DNA of 64,000 nt from assembly GCF_032062105.1 (NCBI RefSeq), contig NW_026928448.1:186001-250000 (forward strand), given 5' to 3'. Both the position numbers and the translations under genes were made by a program. This DNA comes from Saccostrea cucullata. Taxonomy: Eukaryota. The notes beneath the pieces were generated by a model. It did not search any database. It was not told the DNA's origin and was given only the letters and a program-made list of their open reading frames with translations. This document shows, piece by piece, positions 30,176-43,107 of the stretch. The first letter of the stretch is position 1; every line of letters starts with the position of its first letter.

Positions 30176-31958
30176 TTGGACCCGGAGGACAGGGCTGCTT
30201 TATACATATAAGTTTAAGTGTTAGTGCATTGGGATCGAGGTGGGAGAAGTTATTCAGAATTAAATGTTTTCTAAACATTAAAAAGATTGATAATCAGAAT
30301 GTTTTCCCTTTATAAATTACGAGATATACAATATTTACTTCCATAAGGTGAATCTGTAAAAATATATATGTTTGTCATATTTAATATATAAAAATGCGTA
30401 TCATTTACTATCGAAAAACGACAGGTCCCCTTTTTTAGAACATCGAATTTTACTTATCGCATAAAAACTTACTTTACACAGTTCTTGTTTTATATTCTTA
30501 AAGTGAAATACATTTTTGAAAATAGGTAATGAGTGTGTCTGGTTTCAATTTATATTTTATGCAGCCAACATTCACTTGAGGAATTGATAAAGTTTAAAAG
30601 GGTATCGTTTTTGTTCGATTTTTATCCGACTATAAGTTTTCAAACTATTCTCGACTATTGTCACCATCATTTACACGCATGTCTATTTCACACATATCGA
30701 AGCGGTTTGATGATAAAGACTCATTTCCATTGTTTACTTTATTTATTTCCCGGGCGACAGTTGATGGTTACATCAATGTTTTCTTGTGAATAAGTTGATG
30801 TAAATTAATATTTCACTTTTGACAATTAAGTCTAACCCACATCTTTCTTCTTTGAAACTCGCTGTTTGATCATAAAGCATCATTTTGTTGTGTGACCGAT
30901 CGGCAGATGCACACTCCTCTATGGCACCCGATCCTACCTTTGATATTTTGGAAATCCGTGTTTGCTCTCCTGTTTTGTATTGTTTAATGGACTTTTGAGC
31001 TTTTGAGCTTTTGAGCTTGAATATTGTTCGTTATCTCCATATATTTGATGTGATTTTATTTTATGATTAAGTTGATGTAAATTGATATTTCCCTTTTGAC
31101 AATATTGTCTAACCCACATCTTTCTTCTTTGAAACTCGCTCTTTGATCATAAAGCATATATTTGGCATTTTTACACATGATTGTAAGTACATGGGTCGTC
31201 AAAAAATTCGGAGTGAAATGACTTTTCAGTAGAATTCCTGGGTCAGCCAATTTAGTTCGAAAACAATATTTCCATTCTTTCACCTAGAAATGCTATTATA
31301 TTAATTTCGATGTCTACTTTGTATTTATTCTTTGTGCCACATATTGACATTTTAAAATTTCATGCTTATCATTTAAAGTTTATAAAATTTATAGTATTAA
31401 TTTTAATCAAATAAAAGAAGATGCTTCAAATAATATTTTTAAAAAAACATCTACACACATTATAAAATAAGTGTATAAAAAATTATATAACATTTTCTGT
31501 GTTCACAAAACATTTAATTTTAAGACAATTTACAGCTTATATAAGAACAAATGTAAAGCCCCTTAAGCCTCCGATTTCTAAAACTAGGCAAACAATTGAT
31601 AAACAAGTTGAAGAAACAAGACTATCAATAGTCATAGCAACTTTGTGAAAACAATAAAAATTCAATACCACTTTTTACGGAAATTTATTCGAGCCTTTGA
31701 GCATAAAGATACAATTTTATGATATATACGCGTAGTAAGTAAATTGCATTGACAAATAAAGCACCATTAACAATTCGTTTAAACATCACCATGTGCATTG
31801 AAACAGAAATTTTACCCATGGTGTATTTCTTTTCAAGCAAATGTTTTCTTTACAAATAAAGCTTAATGAAACCTTTCAAAGATCAATTCAAGTCAAGGAA
31901 TAATCATCACACTGTGTCGAAATGGTCTTATTTTTCAAAGTCATCGATGATATTTACT

Positions 31959-34900
31959 TCAAAGCTTTGTGGAGACGGACAAATTATCTTCAAAACCTGG
32001 AAATGGTTTGTCAGGTAGTTCTATGCTGATTCTGTTTCGTAGCTTTAAAGCATAAATATTGTACTAGTAAATATATTATTCGTTATATGAGAGTACAGTT
32101 AATTCGTATTAATCAATTTTGAGCCTTTTTTTACCTTTTACCTGTTCATGTTTTTGTTGCTCACTTTCTTCAGCTGTATAATTGTAATCGAAGTCTTCGA
32201 ACTACAATACAAAAGTACAAATCTACTGCAAATAAGAATAGATTTATGCATTTATCAATTTAGTCTCTGTAGCAGAAATTACATGTATTTGTTGAACTAA
32301 TTTTATTATTATGCTTGACCTACCGCATCTTTCTCGGTCGATGCTGAAAATCCACTATCAGTTGATTGTATTGATATCACTTTTTCATATGATTCTGTAT
32401 AAGAAAATGTAATACCTCCTTCATTTCAAAGATCAATGATAGAAGAATATAGATAAATGTTCAGCTTTTGTTGTTGTTGTTGTAAGCTTTATTTAGAAAC
32501 TATTATAATTCAGATAACATCTTTCCAAATAAGACTGCAATCCGAAAAAGTAAATTTTTGTTAAAATATATTTTAAGAAGGTGTGTTTAACCTTTATCCG
32601 AAAAAAATAAGGGATGAAGATTAATTGTGTTACCTGATGCCTTCCTGTTTTTATGTATCTTTGTTACATCAGTTTGATTTCGTCTTCTCACTTCCTGTAA
32701 TGTACAACTCATGGAATTATTACTTTATTCAATATCTAAAAAAAAAAAGATATTTTTCTGTACTTTAGTAGGAAGCAATTTTATTTCCAATTTATGAAAA
32801 TGTCAGCATGTACATATTTTAGGTGATTCTGGAGAAAACAGTGTGGAATTATCGATACTACCTTATTCCTTTGAGTAAAAATATCATTAGATCCATTAAA
32901 TCGGTTTGAAAGAACTTTTATTCTTTGATCTTTCCTTTCGACTAGGCGAAATAGCGTTGTACAATAAATAATAAACATAAATATACCAAATATATTATCG
33001 TAGATCTTACTATTTCCTTATGACGGATATATATAAAACCTACCGGAACAACACCCTCGCGCGGGGTCGATTCACTTTGGCTCCTCTGTTGAAATTTGGG
33101 ATAAACTGGTGGCCCTGTAAAAAAAATTGTCAAATAAATTATCAGAGAAAAATCTTGACTATTATTTTTCACATTGAAACGTTTTCTATTACAATATACT
33201 ACTGGTACTTTATATGCATTTGATGCTATAAATCATATAAAGTTTTCTTTTTCTATTTAAAATTCATGGATATGTAATGCAGATAATACTGAGTTTAATT
33301 TTATTTCTTAATAAGTTGGGTTCAAATCAATTTTACGAAATAGCTATACAGTTAAGCCTTAAGTTTTACAAATAAAAAAGTTGTTATTGCTCAAAATACG
33401 CAAGTACATATGCGTTTATTTTCTCGTATAACTTCATCCTACTTATTTTAAATTCAATTTAATGATACAACTGCTTGTTTCATTTCTGTTTTAAACAAAG
33501 TAATTTTATATGCATTGTATATAAATACCTTACCTGAAATAGGGCACTGAAAATCCCCCAGTACACTAGCTGTAAGAAATAAATCAAAAACATATTTTTT
33601 TTTATTTCTACCAAACTTTTGCATTTCAATTTATATCACAATTAACAGTGTCATTAGTGTTCTGTTCAAATATCTTCTGTATACATGATTATTTTTTGCT
33701 CCGTATTATTTTCGCCCTTTAACACTTCAAACCATATTTGTCCAATTTTCGATTCGCCTTTTCTTTAATCAAATTAAACTGTGTTCAAATTTGCCCTTTT
33801 TAAATTCGCCAAAAACTGAGATAGGGCGAAAGGGTGAAAATTCCTTGTATAGAGTATTAATCCATACAAAAACCAACATGCGTGTTCCATCTTTGTTTAT
33901 GACATAAAACAAAGAATAATTTCATGAATGTATTTAATAAGTATATTGCTGAATTTGAAGAGACTAGATGAGCTTAGTACTAATTTACTAACTTTCGTAC
34001 TTTCGTGTATAAGAAACATGAATCATTGTGATTATATTTAGAAATTAGTTCGTAAACATTAAACTTACTATTAGATGACCTGTTGTGGAAAGGATCAAGG
34101 TCATAAGATAGTTTATGAAACCCCATTATTTTAGCTAATTGACTTGGAGTTAGGCCATCTTTATTCCGGATTGTCTGGGCTATACCAAAACCAGGAACTT
34201 TCACCAAAACTTGACAGAAACAGTCCAACCCAAATTTAGCGCCAAAGTGAAGCATTGTAGGGAGTTCTTTGTCAATCTGTTGTTCTGGTAAAATAATCAA
34301 TTCAAAACGTTCAAATTTTATACATGTATTTTTTTTTATTTTATTAATTCTAAAAATCAATTTCCTTCTTTAAAAGAGTGTTTGGTTGTGATCTGATTGT
34401 TCTCTTTTCAAAAGACCTTTTTGACCTCAAAAAAGAAATTTAATGAACAATAGAATAATAAATAATAGTGATAATTTTTATAAACTCTGTAAAGTAATTT
34501 GCGAAAACATTAATAACATGCATAGACCCAATAACTCACCACGCCAAGAAAACCGTTCGTCTAGATCATTCAAGAATGAGAAATTAGAAATGGCATTATC
34601 ATTAATTCTGTCTGCCAGATCTCTGTCCAAACTTTCTCTATCCTCTGCAGAAAGTCTCAGCACCTGACACAGAAATTCCACCGGAGATGCAATGTCCTTA
34701 ATTTCTTCGTACAAGAAATCCATTTTGTTTCCCACCATTAAAGATGTAGTACCTTCAGATGTTCCATTAACAAATACGTTTACAGAATTCCTCCCGTAAG
34801 GTAAACCTTTGCAAAAATAAATCGAAAGTTTCCAAATTTTATTAAACTGGAACATCATATTGAAAATCACAACATTAAAATTTTAAGTATATAAAGATAT

Positions 34901-35902
34901 TTTCAAATCTTCCTCTGAAATTTAGAATGCTGTCTCCCATCATTTTCATGATAAACATTAAAGCTAACATAAAATATTAACAGCAAACTCCTTATTGTTC
35001 AGTCCATGTTTGAATGTTTTTTTTTCTCTCCAAAATATTCCTTTTATTAAAGCATATTAGGATTGCATGAAACAAATGTAAAGCTAGAATGCAAAGTCAG
35101 TTACATAAAGTAAGACACTTGTATTGCATTAATTTAAAAATAATTAATACATGTATTTACTTGAGGAAAATAATGCATGGAATGCATCTAATCTCTGATC
35201 ACTAAAGTAATATGTTCGAAAATTTAATTTCATAACCATTGTCAGGAATCATTGTGTGTATTTTTATTTTGCAGCTCTAAATCAGTTGAGTGACAAAATA
35301 TTATCAATGTTAATCAACGAAAGGTTTGAATATACATATATCTTAAAGGGAAATGACTTTTCATTTCACGTATTTCCAGTTACATTTTTTGGTAAATGCA
35401 TATGAAATAGTGCAAAAATGTTCCAATGTTTTTACTTTTTATTAAAGATCAATCTAACAGGAATGAAAAAAAGTCATTGAAATGATTCTGACTGAAGGAA
35501 TTAAAGCATGATAAATTTACTCACCACTTGGAGAAAATGAATATGTATAGGGATTGAGGTATTTGGCTTCTATGTTTCTTCTATCCAAGTTTACAGACAC
35601 GGCAGTGCCCTTTTCCTTTTTATCTTTGAACATAATATATACCAGATTCTTGTCCTGTTCAATATAAATGCATGCATATTAAAATAGTTCATAAATCGTC
35701 TTCAAAAATATACAAAGCTGAGAGGACCTGGATAGGCAATGACCACATTATTTGTTATTGATAGAGAATTTTATTGTTTAACACGCAGATTTTCGAAGAG
35801 CTTATTACGGTGGCATAGTTTTGATATCGAAGAATCAACGAGTGTGTACTTTTTAAACTTTCCTTAGCTTCATCTGTATACTTCTACTTTAAAACTTACA
35901 AG

Positions 35903-35935
<33 letters not shown>

Positions 35936-36489
35936 AATTTTATTTGACAATCCTATAAGCAGTAAAAATTCTGACTTACTGTTATGAGGTAGTTTGGTTC
36001 CAGTCGGTATTGCAGGGTGGCTGGAAATACATCTGTTGACATTTGATCAAGTAAACTCACAATGTTATGTATTGTTGATCTTACGGAGCCGAATTCCAGC
36101 ACAGTCCAATCATGAAAATCTGGAATTTGGCTCTTCAGTATCGCCTCAGTTTCTCCATCAGAAAAGTTTACAGAATCGTGAACTAAAAATGCACAAGTTG
36201 AATTTGTGTTCTTTGGAAATCGGATAGAGGAACCTGCCATGTCTTTGGTCACCTTCAGGTGAGATATTACTTCAGGTGTAATCAAAAGAATTGTTACCTG
36301 ATGATTCAAAGTTCTGCTTTCTATTTCGTCTATGTCGCAGATACTGACTTTGATTTTGAATTGGTCCTTGAATATTTCCAAATTATTCTTGATATATTCA
36401 GCAACTGGTACACCGTCATGCGTGTGTAGGATAAGTATAGAATCTTTTTCCATTTTTGGAAACATGGGCATATAAATTTCTTCCTCCAT
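31959..36489 (-). CDS. BCAP/PIK3AP1-like adaptor, paralog C (~529 aa, complete)
   Basis: Exons 36489-35980, 35654-35525, 34806-34540, 34284-34069, 33569-33534, 33114-33040, 32941-32862, 32694-32634, 32394-32324, 32201-32142, 32042-31959 sum to 1590 nt of open frame. MEEEIYMPM...SILILHTHDG, NPYTYSF, SPVEFLCQVL, ELPTMLHFGAKFGL; ends VSTKL*. Confidence 0.9.
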
Positions 36490-37379
36490 TATTGGAATTT
36501 CTAAGTAAACAATTAAAATTAGATATAAGAAACACTTACCTCGGAATGAAAGAAATAAGTTAATTATAATGCATCATTTGGTAGAATTGCTTTTGTATTG
36601 ATTACAAGAATACGAAATTTATAGCATTTCTACTTACTTGAAGAAAGGTCTTAACTATTGTTTACACGACAATGGACCATAATTTTCTTACAGTTTGCTT
36701 TTATAGGTAAACCCCTTCCTCTTTTAGTGCGAATGCAACACTTTAAAGACCCAGAGAGTCGTCCGTGATATCTCACCTGTGAAGTTGTCCCAGATAACTG
36801 ACATTTATATATGCAGTCTCATGGGGTTATATTTCATAATTACATTTAAGACTTACTTACAAACTAAAATAAATGTCATAAATTCTTTGGGTATTTCCGC
36901 CCTCTAAAATCTCTGCAACACAAGAAATAGAATATCAAAATACCTCTTCCTGATTTAATGAGAAACAATGAGTGTAGAGTATTTTTAAAGTGTCTTTATT
37001 GAGTTGTTAAGTCACATTAACCAAGAAGTTCGATGATATACAAATTCTCGTAAATATTTTGAAGTCAAATCGTGTATTAAAAGGTTGCTTTAATATATGA
37101 AATCAAACCAAGATGTTATTTTCTGCATAAAGAATATTCCAAGTATAAATATTCAAACACTATTTATTGACCGAGGTAAACCTCATCTGTAACAACAAAA
37201 TCATCTATCTGTAAAATCTTGTCAACTTTGCTGTGAATAAAGGATCGAATCAGCCATCCTGGGTGCTAAAAGTATTGCATCATTTAGCAATGACTCCTTT
37301 TTAACAAGGTACAATTCATTTTTAAAGTTTATAATAATGATTATTTAAAAAGATTTATTTGTGAGGAGCCTGTCTCGGT

Positions 37380-37800
37380 TTAAATTTGAGCATGCTCTTG
37401 AATAGCGAAAAAGCCATCTCTCACCAGAAGCCGCGCTCGGCAAGCTTCACTTACACGCCCTCTGGTGAGAGATTGTCGAATAAGCTGAGAGACAAAACAC
37501 CATAAGCAAGTGATAGTGGAATGCTACTACATAAGTAAGAACATTTGGAGATGGAAAAAATTAAAACTTATCATTTGTCATACAATTTAGTTGCAAGTTA
37601 GTCCTTGCCGTCTATAATCAGTTTTAACATCCTAATCTAAAACAAAACGTGTAAAACTCTTCGATGCCTTTCTTTCAAGTTCACTCGGGTATATTGAATC
37701 GATGTACATGTATGAGTGAAATAAACAATTGTTAAATGGTCATAAAATGTCGATATACTTAAATGTCGAGTTGAAGGCAACAGCAGGTTTTTTTTCTCCT
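37380..37800 (-). mobile_element. Degraded Penelope-like RT relic
   Basis: The reverse complement contains ctgttgccttcaactcgacatttaagtatatcgac and agagcatgctc, homologous to the other copies. Confidence 0.55.
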
Positions 37801-39996
37801 GTAGAAATTATGTTTCATAGGAATACAAATACAACTTTTATAATAAAAAATCACATTAAGTGTCCACGGAATTCCAACATTTTGTTGTCTCTGAAGATAT
37901 TATAAATGTTGTCAATGAAAAAATCCGGCATCTTTTTAATATCGACTTTACGGTATTTGCATGACAAATCAGATCGATTTTAAACGAAATGATTTTGTTG
38001 ATTTTATTAAAGAAGTAGTTGTCTGACGTCAATTTCAGATATAATTTTCTCTCACTAGCTTGGTTACATAAGGGCATTTTTTCAATGTCATTTTGAGCAA
38101 AATTTTAGCATATTCTCATACATATTGGATTTATTCCATATCACACAGATTAATGAATCTAGATTCCGTTCTGACTCTTCATTGATTAACAGAAGACAAA
38201 TTGTTCAAAAGTATTTTCTTCATTTTTAACAAAAAAAATCATTATTTGATTTTTAATAAGGTTTGTCTAGCGCTTTCTTCACAATACTTAAAACCATCAC
38301 GCAAATAATATATTTTATGATCAATTAGTTAACCTTCCATAAGAGTAACAATGGCGGGTAACTGTAAACCAAACGTATGAACATTACACAGACAAGAAAG
38401 CCAGTTTTGATTGTATCAAAAAGACACTTGTACTAGGAAGAATACTGTATGGAAATTAATATGTGTACATGGGTATGGATTCTGCGTTTGCAATTTTGCT
38501 TTATCTTTTTCATCGGCAACGTGCCAAAATTTTTAATTGAAATATAAACGGGTATTCCCCTACCTGTCTTTGTTACAAAAGTATCAAAATAAAGTGTCAA
38601 AATTCTGAACCTTTATACCACATTACCCTCTTGACAAAAGAATTTTTTATTAACTTTAGATTGTAAATTGTTACACAGCATGTGCCACGGAGAAAAATAT
38701 TTTTCGATATGCATATTCATCTAGTTTGATAGATGTTAAAAAAATCTTCAAGTGATCAAATGTATGGTAAAGTCTATAGAAAATGCATGTTTTTTTCGAG
38801 CTACATGAATTTCTAAAATATGCTTGAAATGGAAAATATGTTTTATCTGTCTAAGATTTTTCTGAAGTGTTATTTGTCTATCTATTTACTCCTAAAAATA
38901 TTTTTTAATCACGTGAACAGCTGGGTTTTTTAATCATTATTGTTTCATTAAAGAGTTACGTATAAAAAAATTGTATTTAAAAAGATCATAATAGATGCAT
39001 AGATAACATTTTAAAATTAATTGATATTAATCTTTGCAATACATTTCTCTAAACTGTATTTCCCTTTTCCATATCTTATTGGTATTTGCATATAATGAGT
39101 AAAATAATTTCAGTTAGTCCTACATTGTAAATTACTTAAACAGATCATAGAAATGAAACAGCTTCATTCATTATATCTATAATTGATATGTGTCTCGTTT
39201 GTTGTTTCACAAACAATTTCAATTTTTAAAAAAAAAACGCTTTCATATTTAATCACCTCTTCGAAAAAAAAATGATTACATTTCTATAGGAATTGAGGTA
39301 TCTATAACTTCTATGTTTCTTCTATCGACGTTTACAAGCACGGTTGTGCCCTTTTCCTTTTTATCTTTGAAAATAATATATACCAGATTCTTGTCCTATT
39401 CATAATAGATATAATTTTTATGTGTATTTCAAAGAAATAAAGATGATAAAGATTTTCAATAAATTGCTTTGAAGTTATAATTTTTGACTCCAACAAATTT
39501 TTTGATGCAGAGAATATGGTAAATTTTAATAGTTTTTCTTTTAATTATTTATTTCTTTATTTTTTTATTTTCTGTAGTTTACATATCGGAGTTTGTATAC
39601 CATTTCAATCCTCTGTTGACTTAATATATATGCATATGCTTTGACTTCTAACATATAATTTACAATTCAATTCCATTATGATGAGACAATTTGAAAATAT
39701 TTCTGAATTACTGTAACGTTTATGTTGTAGTCTGAATCCAGTTGGTATTGTTAAATGGATGGAAAAGTCCTGGTGAAATTGCATCAAGGAAATTCATAAC
39801 GTTAAACATTGTTGATTTCAGAAGGCTATTTTTAGACCCTGTCCATTCATCAAAACCTGGAACTTTGCTTTTCAGTACTGCTTGAGTGTGCTTATCGCAA
39901 AAGTTTACGGAATCATGAAAAAACTGCACAAGCTAGCTGTTTTATATGGAAACATTCCGTATCTGTAATTGACTCCAGGTGAGATATTACTTCCGG

Positions 39997-42900
39997 TGTA
40001 AAGACGAATAATGACCCCCATCAAATAATGACCGGGGGTCATTTTTCGACAGCGAAAAATGACCCCCGGTCATTATTCGACGTAGAAAAATGACCCTTTT
40101 GCCCGTAGAAAAAGTGTCACCACTCTAAAAATTTGCAGAACCCACGTGAAGAAAAATGACACCCGTAGAAAAATGACTCCCTACGACGGCGTATTCGTGC
40201 CATTTTAACAATGTAGAAATTTTTCTAAAAATCGTTTGAACGATTTAAGAAAAAGTTTGTACGATTTAATAAATCGTTTGTACAATTTAATAAATCGTTT
40301 GTACAATTTAGGAAACTGTTTGTACGATTTTCAAAAATAGTTTGTACGATTTAGGAAATTGTTTGTACGATTTCTTAAATCGTTTGAACAATTTAGGAAA
40401 TCGTTTTGATCCCGATCCCAATCTAATAGTAAATTGAACTTTTGCATTGTTAATGTGAAAAATATTTAGTATACGCAATGCAATTAATTTATTTTTGATA
40501 CTTAAGATTTTGATGAAATAATACTTGGTCTGAAACAAATAGTAATGGAGATCGGGGTGTTAATAATCTTTAATGCATTGAATCCTGAATGTTATGTGTT
40601 TGTGTTTATTTGAACCGGACATTGCATCTCTAGATATTCAATATACATGTTGTTTTCTTGTCAAAATATCGACAAGAAACAAATGAATATTGCAATATTA
40701 TTTCATAATAATGTTTAATAATTGTATTATATTTAATCGTACAAACGGTTTCCTAAATTGTTCAAACGATTTTTAAAATTCGTACAAACTATTTTAAAAA
40801 ATCATATAACGATTTAATAAATTGTACAAACGACTTAACAAACAAATTGTGCAAAAGACTTATTTAATTGTACAAACGATTTATTAAATTGTACAAGCGA
40901 TTTATTAAATTGTAAAAACAATTTATTAAATCGTACAAACAATTTTTTAAATCGTACAAACGTTTTCTTAAATCGTAAAAACGGTTTCCTAAATTGTTCA
41001 AACGAATTATAAAAATCGTACAAACTATTTTTAAATTAAAAAATCGTATGAACGATTTAATAAAATTGTACAAACAATTTAATAAATTGTACAAACGATT
41101 AAAAAAAATTCTACATTGTTAAAATGGCACGAATACGCCGTCGTAACTCCCTGTTGATTAAAGGTGAAATTTTTAGGGGGCAAAAAAAAAAAAAATTAGA
41201 TAAAGAAGCATATTGGCCAAAATGCTCACCTGAGCTTATATGGAATAAATTTTGAAATGTTGATCTCATAATACACGATTATAGCTATATTTTAAGGTCA
41301 ATGTGATGATTCATAATCTAAAGGAGTAAAGATTTATCGAGCCTAAAGGGTTAGGTAAACATTGTTTTTCGATGATGGAAATCATCGTACTGACAGAAAA
41401 AATCAGCAGTATCATATATTATTTTAGCCTCCGCTTGGGGTATCCATCTGTAATCCGCAACTCCTCTTACATATAAAAAGATGTATTTGTAAAACAGCTA
41501 TGCCCCTGTATGGCAACATAGCGAAGATTAAACTCTTCTGAAAGGCAATTTAAATATAATTGTACCCAAAGTAGGGTCTTCTCACAAAAAATACAATTGC
41601 AAAATAGGAAAGCCCTAGCACCACTTGTTCAAATTAATGGCTAAGGATAAGTGTTTGAAAGGTAGGTCAAACTGAAAGGTCAAAGGGTCAAAGTTGATGG
41701 TTTCTTAAGAAAGGTTTAATATAACAAGGATTACATTTGTGAAGTATGAGAGTACTAGTATCTACCGTTTAAAAGTTATAGCCAAAGTAAATTAATTAAA
41801 AATTTGGCATTTTTGTGTAAAATGGGACAAACTCCAAGGTAAAGGTCAAAAGGTCAAATTTGGTGGTATCCAAAGTAAGGTCTTGTCACAAGGAATATAC
41901 ACATATTGAATATGAAAGACATAGCTACAATAAATGAAAAGTTATGGTAAAGGTTAAAGTTTTTGCGGAGAAACAGACCGCCAGTTTGACAGACAGACAA
42001 ACAGACGGACACGATAAACTATATACCCCCGAATCTTCGATTACAGGGAGATAAAAAGAAATGGTCTTCAATTAACTTTTCATATTATGATACAATATAA
42101 AGAAGAAGTTACAAAAATGAAAATGTTTGTTCCGATTTTCATATTAAATTCTCTGAAAAATATACTCAGAACTGGGTAAAATCGTGGAGTAAAACAAGAA
42201 TTAAGAAATGTAATGAATACTGTGTGCTTAATCAAAAGGTTATGTCTAATGTATAGTTTTTGCATTAGAATGTGTATTTTACACTAGCCCATAGCTTTAC
42301 AGAGCATATTTTTAGGTGTTATACCCACCCCGCCCCCTTACTTATTTAGGAGGAAGTTGATTATCAACAAAAGCAACAACAAAAAAACAACCCTACCTTT
42401 ATTTTTCTATAAGGAGGGACTAAAAATAAGCTTAAAATAATCTACTATTCTACTAATTTTCAACTGTTACTCTGCCACAATACTTTCAAGTATACCCCCA
42501 CCGACATTTAAAGTATGTTTTAATCATGGCGAAGTAAATTATGATATGATTGAACTTGTGTGAAGGCTTAACTTCATTTCAATATTTTATCTAGAGCCTC
42601 TTTCAGTATTATTGAAAGGTATAGAGTTTTATTTATATTTTTGCTTTCATTTATTTTTTGTTTGGTTTGATTTAATGTATTTTTTTTGGGGGGGGGGTTT
42701 AAAAATTTCCTCCTCTTTCATTGTCAAATAGGATTTGCCAAACTTTTACAAGCTAAAAGTTGAAATGAAGGAAAAATTAATTTTTCTATTAAAGAGTATT
42801 GGAACCTGATTGTTGCATGGTTTGATTTCTAAATACAAGTGGAATATCATTCTTTAAGCAAACACTATAAGGAGGAATATTAAAAAGAAATTTTATTTAC

Positions 42901-43107
42901 TTGACAATTAAAGAATCTCTTTTCACTTTAAAGGGGGTCATTTTTCAATGGGAGTCAATTTTTTATAGGACATACATATAAAATAATGACCCCTAGGACA
43001 CTTTTTCTACAAAAAATGATTTTTTTTCTACGGGTAGGGGGTCATTTTTTGTCGTTGAAAAATGACCCCCGGTCATTATTCGATGGGGGTCATTATTCGT
43101 CTTTACA
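39997..43107. mobile_element. ~3.1 kb non-autonomous TIR DNA transposon inserted in the BCAP pseudogene
   Basis: TIR of about 50 bp (TGTAAAGACGAATAATGACCCCCATC.AATAATGACCGGGGGTCATTTTTC) at both ends. Flanks CCGG / CCTG (possible 4-bp TSD with one change). Subterminal AAAAATGACCC repeats. Confidence 0.85.
40182..41145. mobile_element. IS3EU-like MITE with inverted 21-bp tandem arrays, nested in the 39997-43107 element
   Basis: TIR TACGACGGCGTATTCGTGCCATTTTAACAATGTAGAA. Perfect 6-bp TSD ACTCCC (40176-81, 41146-51). TAY..RTA ends with a 6-bp TSD fit IS3EU. Confidence 0.85.

Noticed and set aside
2793-36489. TIR-like domains as prokaryotic-style NADase defence system (Thoeris-like)
   Set aside because: These are intron-containing genes with BCAP-type DBB and ankyrin architecture; I cannot support enzymatic activity from the sequence.
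40308-41094. ORFs with 7-aa periodicity (LYNLINR / FKKLFVR) resembling coiled-coil or antimicrobial peptides
   Set aside because: They are translations of 21-bp tandem repeats inside a TIR- and TSD-bounded MITE.
40225-41100. Repeat arrays as a possible CRISPR
   Set aside because: The units are contiguous with no unique spacers, the context is eukaryotic and there are no cas genes.
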